Below are positions 61,137 to 64,000 of a DNA stretch of 64,000 nt, piece by piece. The DNA lies in contig NC_135659.1 in NCBI RefSeq assembly GCF_964188315.1, positions 41,602,001-41,666,000 on the forward strand. Direction: 5' to 3'. The translations under genes were made by a program, and so were the position numbers. The notes beneath the pieces are model-generated. The model was given only the letters and a program-made list of their open reading frames with translations, made no database searches and had not been told where the DNA came from. The DNA comes from Podarcis muralis. Taxonomy: Eukaryota. Positions within the stretch are counted from its first letter, which is position 1. Each line of letters starts with the position of its first letter.

Positions 61137-61333
61137 CTCTAAAAGTTCATCTCCAGTGTGTAATCTTCCATCTTTCCCTGCAGGGCCATCTGTACTGATG
61201 CCCACGACAAAGATGCTCATGCGAGACCTGTCCTTGTTGCCAGCCAGGCTGAGTCCAAGTCCATTCTTGTCCTTTTCAAGTTCAATAATGTGCAATTCCC
61301 CGGGCAGATCTGCATATCTTTGCCTGATTTTTT
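61137..61333 (-). CDS. PATJ: PATJ exon, first part of PDZ7 ([65 protein letters not shown])
   Basis: Acceptor ctcttctttaatag, donor GAG|gtaaga; 197 nt, phase 1 to 0; overlaps ORF 61107..61361. Confidence 0.95.
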
Positions 61334-64000
61334 CTATTAAAGAAGAGAGACAAACACACAATACTTAGGGAAGTAATTTCAGTGCAACTCATTGGTTTGT
61401 TCCATTTGTTTCCTGAGCTTCTAGTTTTGCAATTTAGTCACGCAATACTAAAAAGGTAGCATATTATGGATGAATTCTGCATACTGCCCCTTTATGTACT
61501 GCATCAGCCCATGCTGACCCCAATATGCCTTGTATTTTATACCACAGGAGTGCTTTGTTCCACAACATTTTAAGTCCTAGTTTCTTTTTTTAAAAAGCCC
61601 AGTCTGAACTATTGTTTGAAAGTGGCATGCAATAACAGCACAAGGTGAAAGCAATTAATCCATTCAAAGGAAAGAAATGAGATCATAAATATAGAACTGT
61701 ACATTAAGCCTGCATCGCTGTCAGAGGTACAACTGTTCCACTGGGAGACTAGGTTAGCGGTACTGTACAATGTTAACTGTGAACAGTAAATGTTTCTATA
61801 GCAACAGCAGACCAAAGAACAGCTTGACAGAGGAGTAACTATCAAATTAAAGGACGGACATTGCTATCAAACCACAGGACAACGTTTCAATAGTTGAAAA
61901 CTAATTCTGCATTTACAACCTGAAATTATCACACCACCTATTTTGCATCCATTCGTGCCTAGAGAAAGCAAAATCTGTCCTTAAAAAACAAGAACAACTT
62001 GCTTACTATGAAATAACATGGTATGGAGCAGCTAGTATTTCTATTTTCGTGTGTGTGTGTGTGTGTTTACATTGGAAGAAGGTGTGAGGGTGTGCGTTTG
62101 TGTCAGGATACACTGTGGCTCTTCTGTTTTGGCAGGCCTGCAGCAATTGCAAGCCAACTATGTAAATAAATGCATACATAAACAAATGCTTTTATGCAAT
62201 GGTTTAGATATTCAGATGCTTCTCTCTCACACACACACTGGTTGATTATGTTTTAATGACTTTTAAGATTATATGTTGTGGTTTGTTTTGTTTGTTTGTT
62301 TAATCGGTCCCCTCAAGGCTACTTTTAAGAACCAAAAGTTGGGATAAAGGATTTTATAAATAAAATTATGGCAATTGCTGTATTCTGTAGGCCATTGCAG
62401 TTATCCCGATACTGCTCATAAGTGTGTGTTGGGGGAAGAATAATATTGAACATCTAGTGGCATGCCTAAGATCATCCAGTGACAGTGGCAAGATTTGAAA
62501 TGGGACTTAGGACTCAGCTATACAGCTGCAAATAAAACGTTTTAAGCGCAATATACAATATGACACTAGATGGTAATGGTGAGCCTTATGGAAAATTCAA
62601 TGTATTATTTTTTTTTAAATACATTTAAAAAAGCATTTTCAGAACGGTTTTTATATGTGTAGATTCCACCTCTATTTAGGTTTGCAACCTGTACTTAGCT
62701 GTATCAGCTCAGAACAGCTACTAAGATGGCTATCAATTTTGAGAGTTTGCTACATTTTTCTTAAATGGATGATTAGGTCAATCATATAGGATACGAAACT
62801 TAGAAAGAGTAAGCTTATTTTAATGACCAAATGGACAGATGCAGGTGTGAAACCCCTGGAAGCATGGGACAGCTCACCCCCTAATGAGAAAGGCATTTCT
62901 TGCTCCTCACTGTTTAGTCTACTGAATGGAAGGAAATTAAGATAAATAGTACACTGTCACAGTGAACGATACCAGATGATGGGCCCCTGGAAAGAAATGG
63001 GAAAGAAGAAACCAAATGTCTGCACTCATCTGTACTACAAAGAGTGTGGAAGATCTCTCAGGCTGAATGTGGACCGAGACACAAGGATCAGTTGAATGCC
63101 TTCCACTTATTTCTTCTTGTCCCCTACCCTTCTATACGTGCAAAAGTGCTCAGGTTGTCAATTGCTTATAAAAGGCCTTGCCATAGGCTGTGCAGTTGTT
63201 GCTCATTTGTTCAGCAGAAACATGACGTTTCCCTAAAACCCAGTGGCTTTATTGTGCTTGTTCAGAACTCAAATGACATGACTTTGTCATTTGGGGTGGG
63301 GGATTCAGGTATTCCTCTACCTAGTATATCTATTGCTCTCGTAATCCGTATGTAGAATACAACTGTGCACTAGATTCTAGTGACTAGACCATGAAAATGC
63401 ACTGGGGTGAACTTTTCGTATTGCTAGCAATGTCTTACCACTTCCCTACACACCTCTGCGATTTGGCTGTTTGTTTGTTTGTCTGGTGTGTGTGAGCACG
63501 TAAATGTCATTGGTGCCCATGTGATTTATTGATGTGCTAACTTAACTCTGAAGCATCATGGCAAACATGCCACATCTATCTGTTTGATGCCTCTTGTTTG
63601 TTTCCTATTCAACTGCTCGTTCTTGCTTTTTTCAACCTCTTCTCCCCAAATCTGTTCTGCTGTTTTGGAAAACTTTGTTTTTGTTTTTGAAATATTTAAA
63701 ATTCCTGGCATACAACTTCCATGCAGAAGGATCTATCCAGCCACATCTCCCCAAACAACAAGGCTGAAAACAGCAGCATGGCAAGGCTAGTGACTCTTCC
63801 CCTGAAATATTAAGTGCTGATCAGATATTGTTTTATTTAAATAATATCCCACCTTTCAACTTACAAAATGTTGACAAGGCTGCCAACAACACAATAATTA
63901 ACAGCAGCAGCAATTAAAAAAGAAAAGAAAAGAAGCATAAAAGCAGTAACAGTAAACTGTGGGTATAGTAACAGTTGATACAGCAATGGAATTCTCTAAT

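Larger units (their letters stand above)
2516..61333 (-). other. PATJ: PATJ/INADL gene, 3' part (17 coding exons, PDZ7-PDZ11); the 5' part lies beyond the right end of the window
   Basis: Spliced translation gives serial PDZ domains with GLGL/GLGF loops. The sequences [44 protein letters not shown] and the terminal HEQAVAILKRQKGTVTLTVLS match PATJ rather than its paralog MPDZ (recalled sequences). Exon phases are mutually consistent across all 17 exons. Confidence 0.95.

Overview
Vertebrate genomic DNA, almost certainly a squamate lizard (Sauria/Squam1 SINEs of the lacertid type and Squam3-like SINEs suggest Lacertidae). The window holds the 3' part of PATJ (INADL, the multi-PDZ tight-junction scaffold) on the minus strand. 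I mapped 17 coding exons between 61333 and 2516, all bounded by GT-AG. They join without a frame break (1976 nt: 2 nt completing an upstream codon, 657 codons, then TGA) and encode PDZ7 to PDZ10 plus an 11th PDZ. The introns carry SINEs, L2/CR1 LINE fragments, hAT and Tigger-type MITEs and microsatellites. Three observations stand out. (1) The last exon is dual-coding: skipping the 124-nt penultimate exon gives EEQLQMTAD-stop, which matches the mammalian 10-PDZ C-terminus as I recall it, and a TGCATG (RBFOX) site lies just downstream of that exon. (2) Four copies of one TA-flanked CCGTA-ended MITE cluster at 9.3-20.0 kb. They share a chassis but carry different GC-rich tandem arrays built from hairpins (128, 119, 99 with A/B alternation, about 100-113 bp). 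(3) A SINE tail antisense to PATJ creates a strong cryptic splice donor. No other protein-coding gene, functional RNA gene or CRISPR array is supported. Comparisons to mammalian proteins and repeat families are from memory, not database searches.
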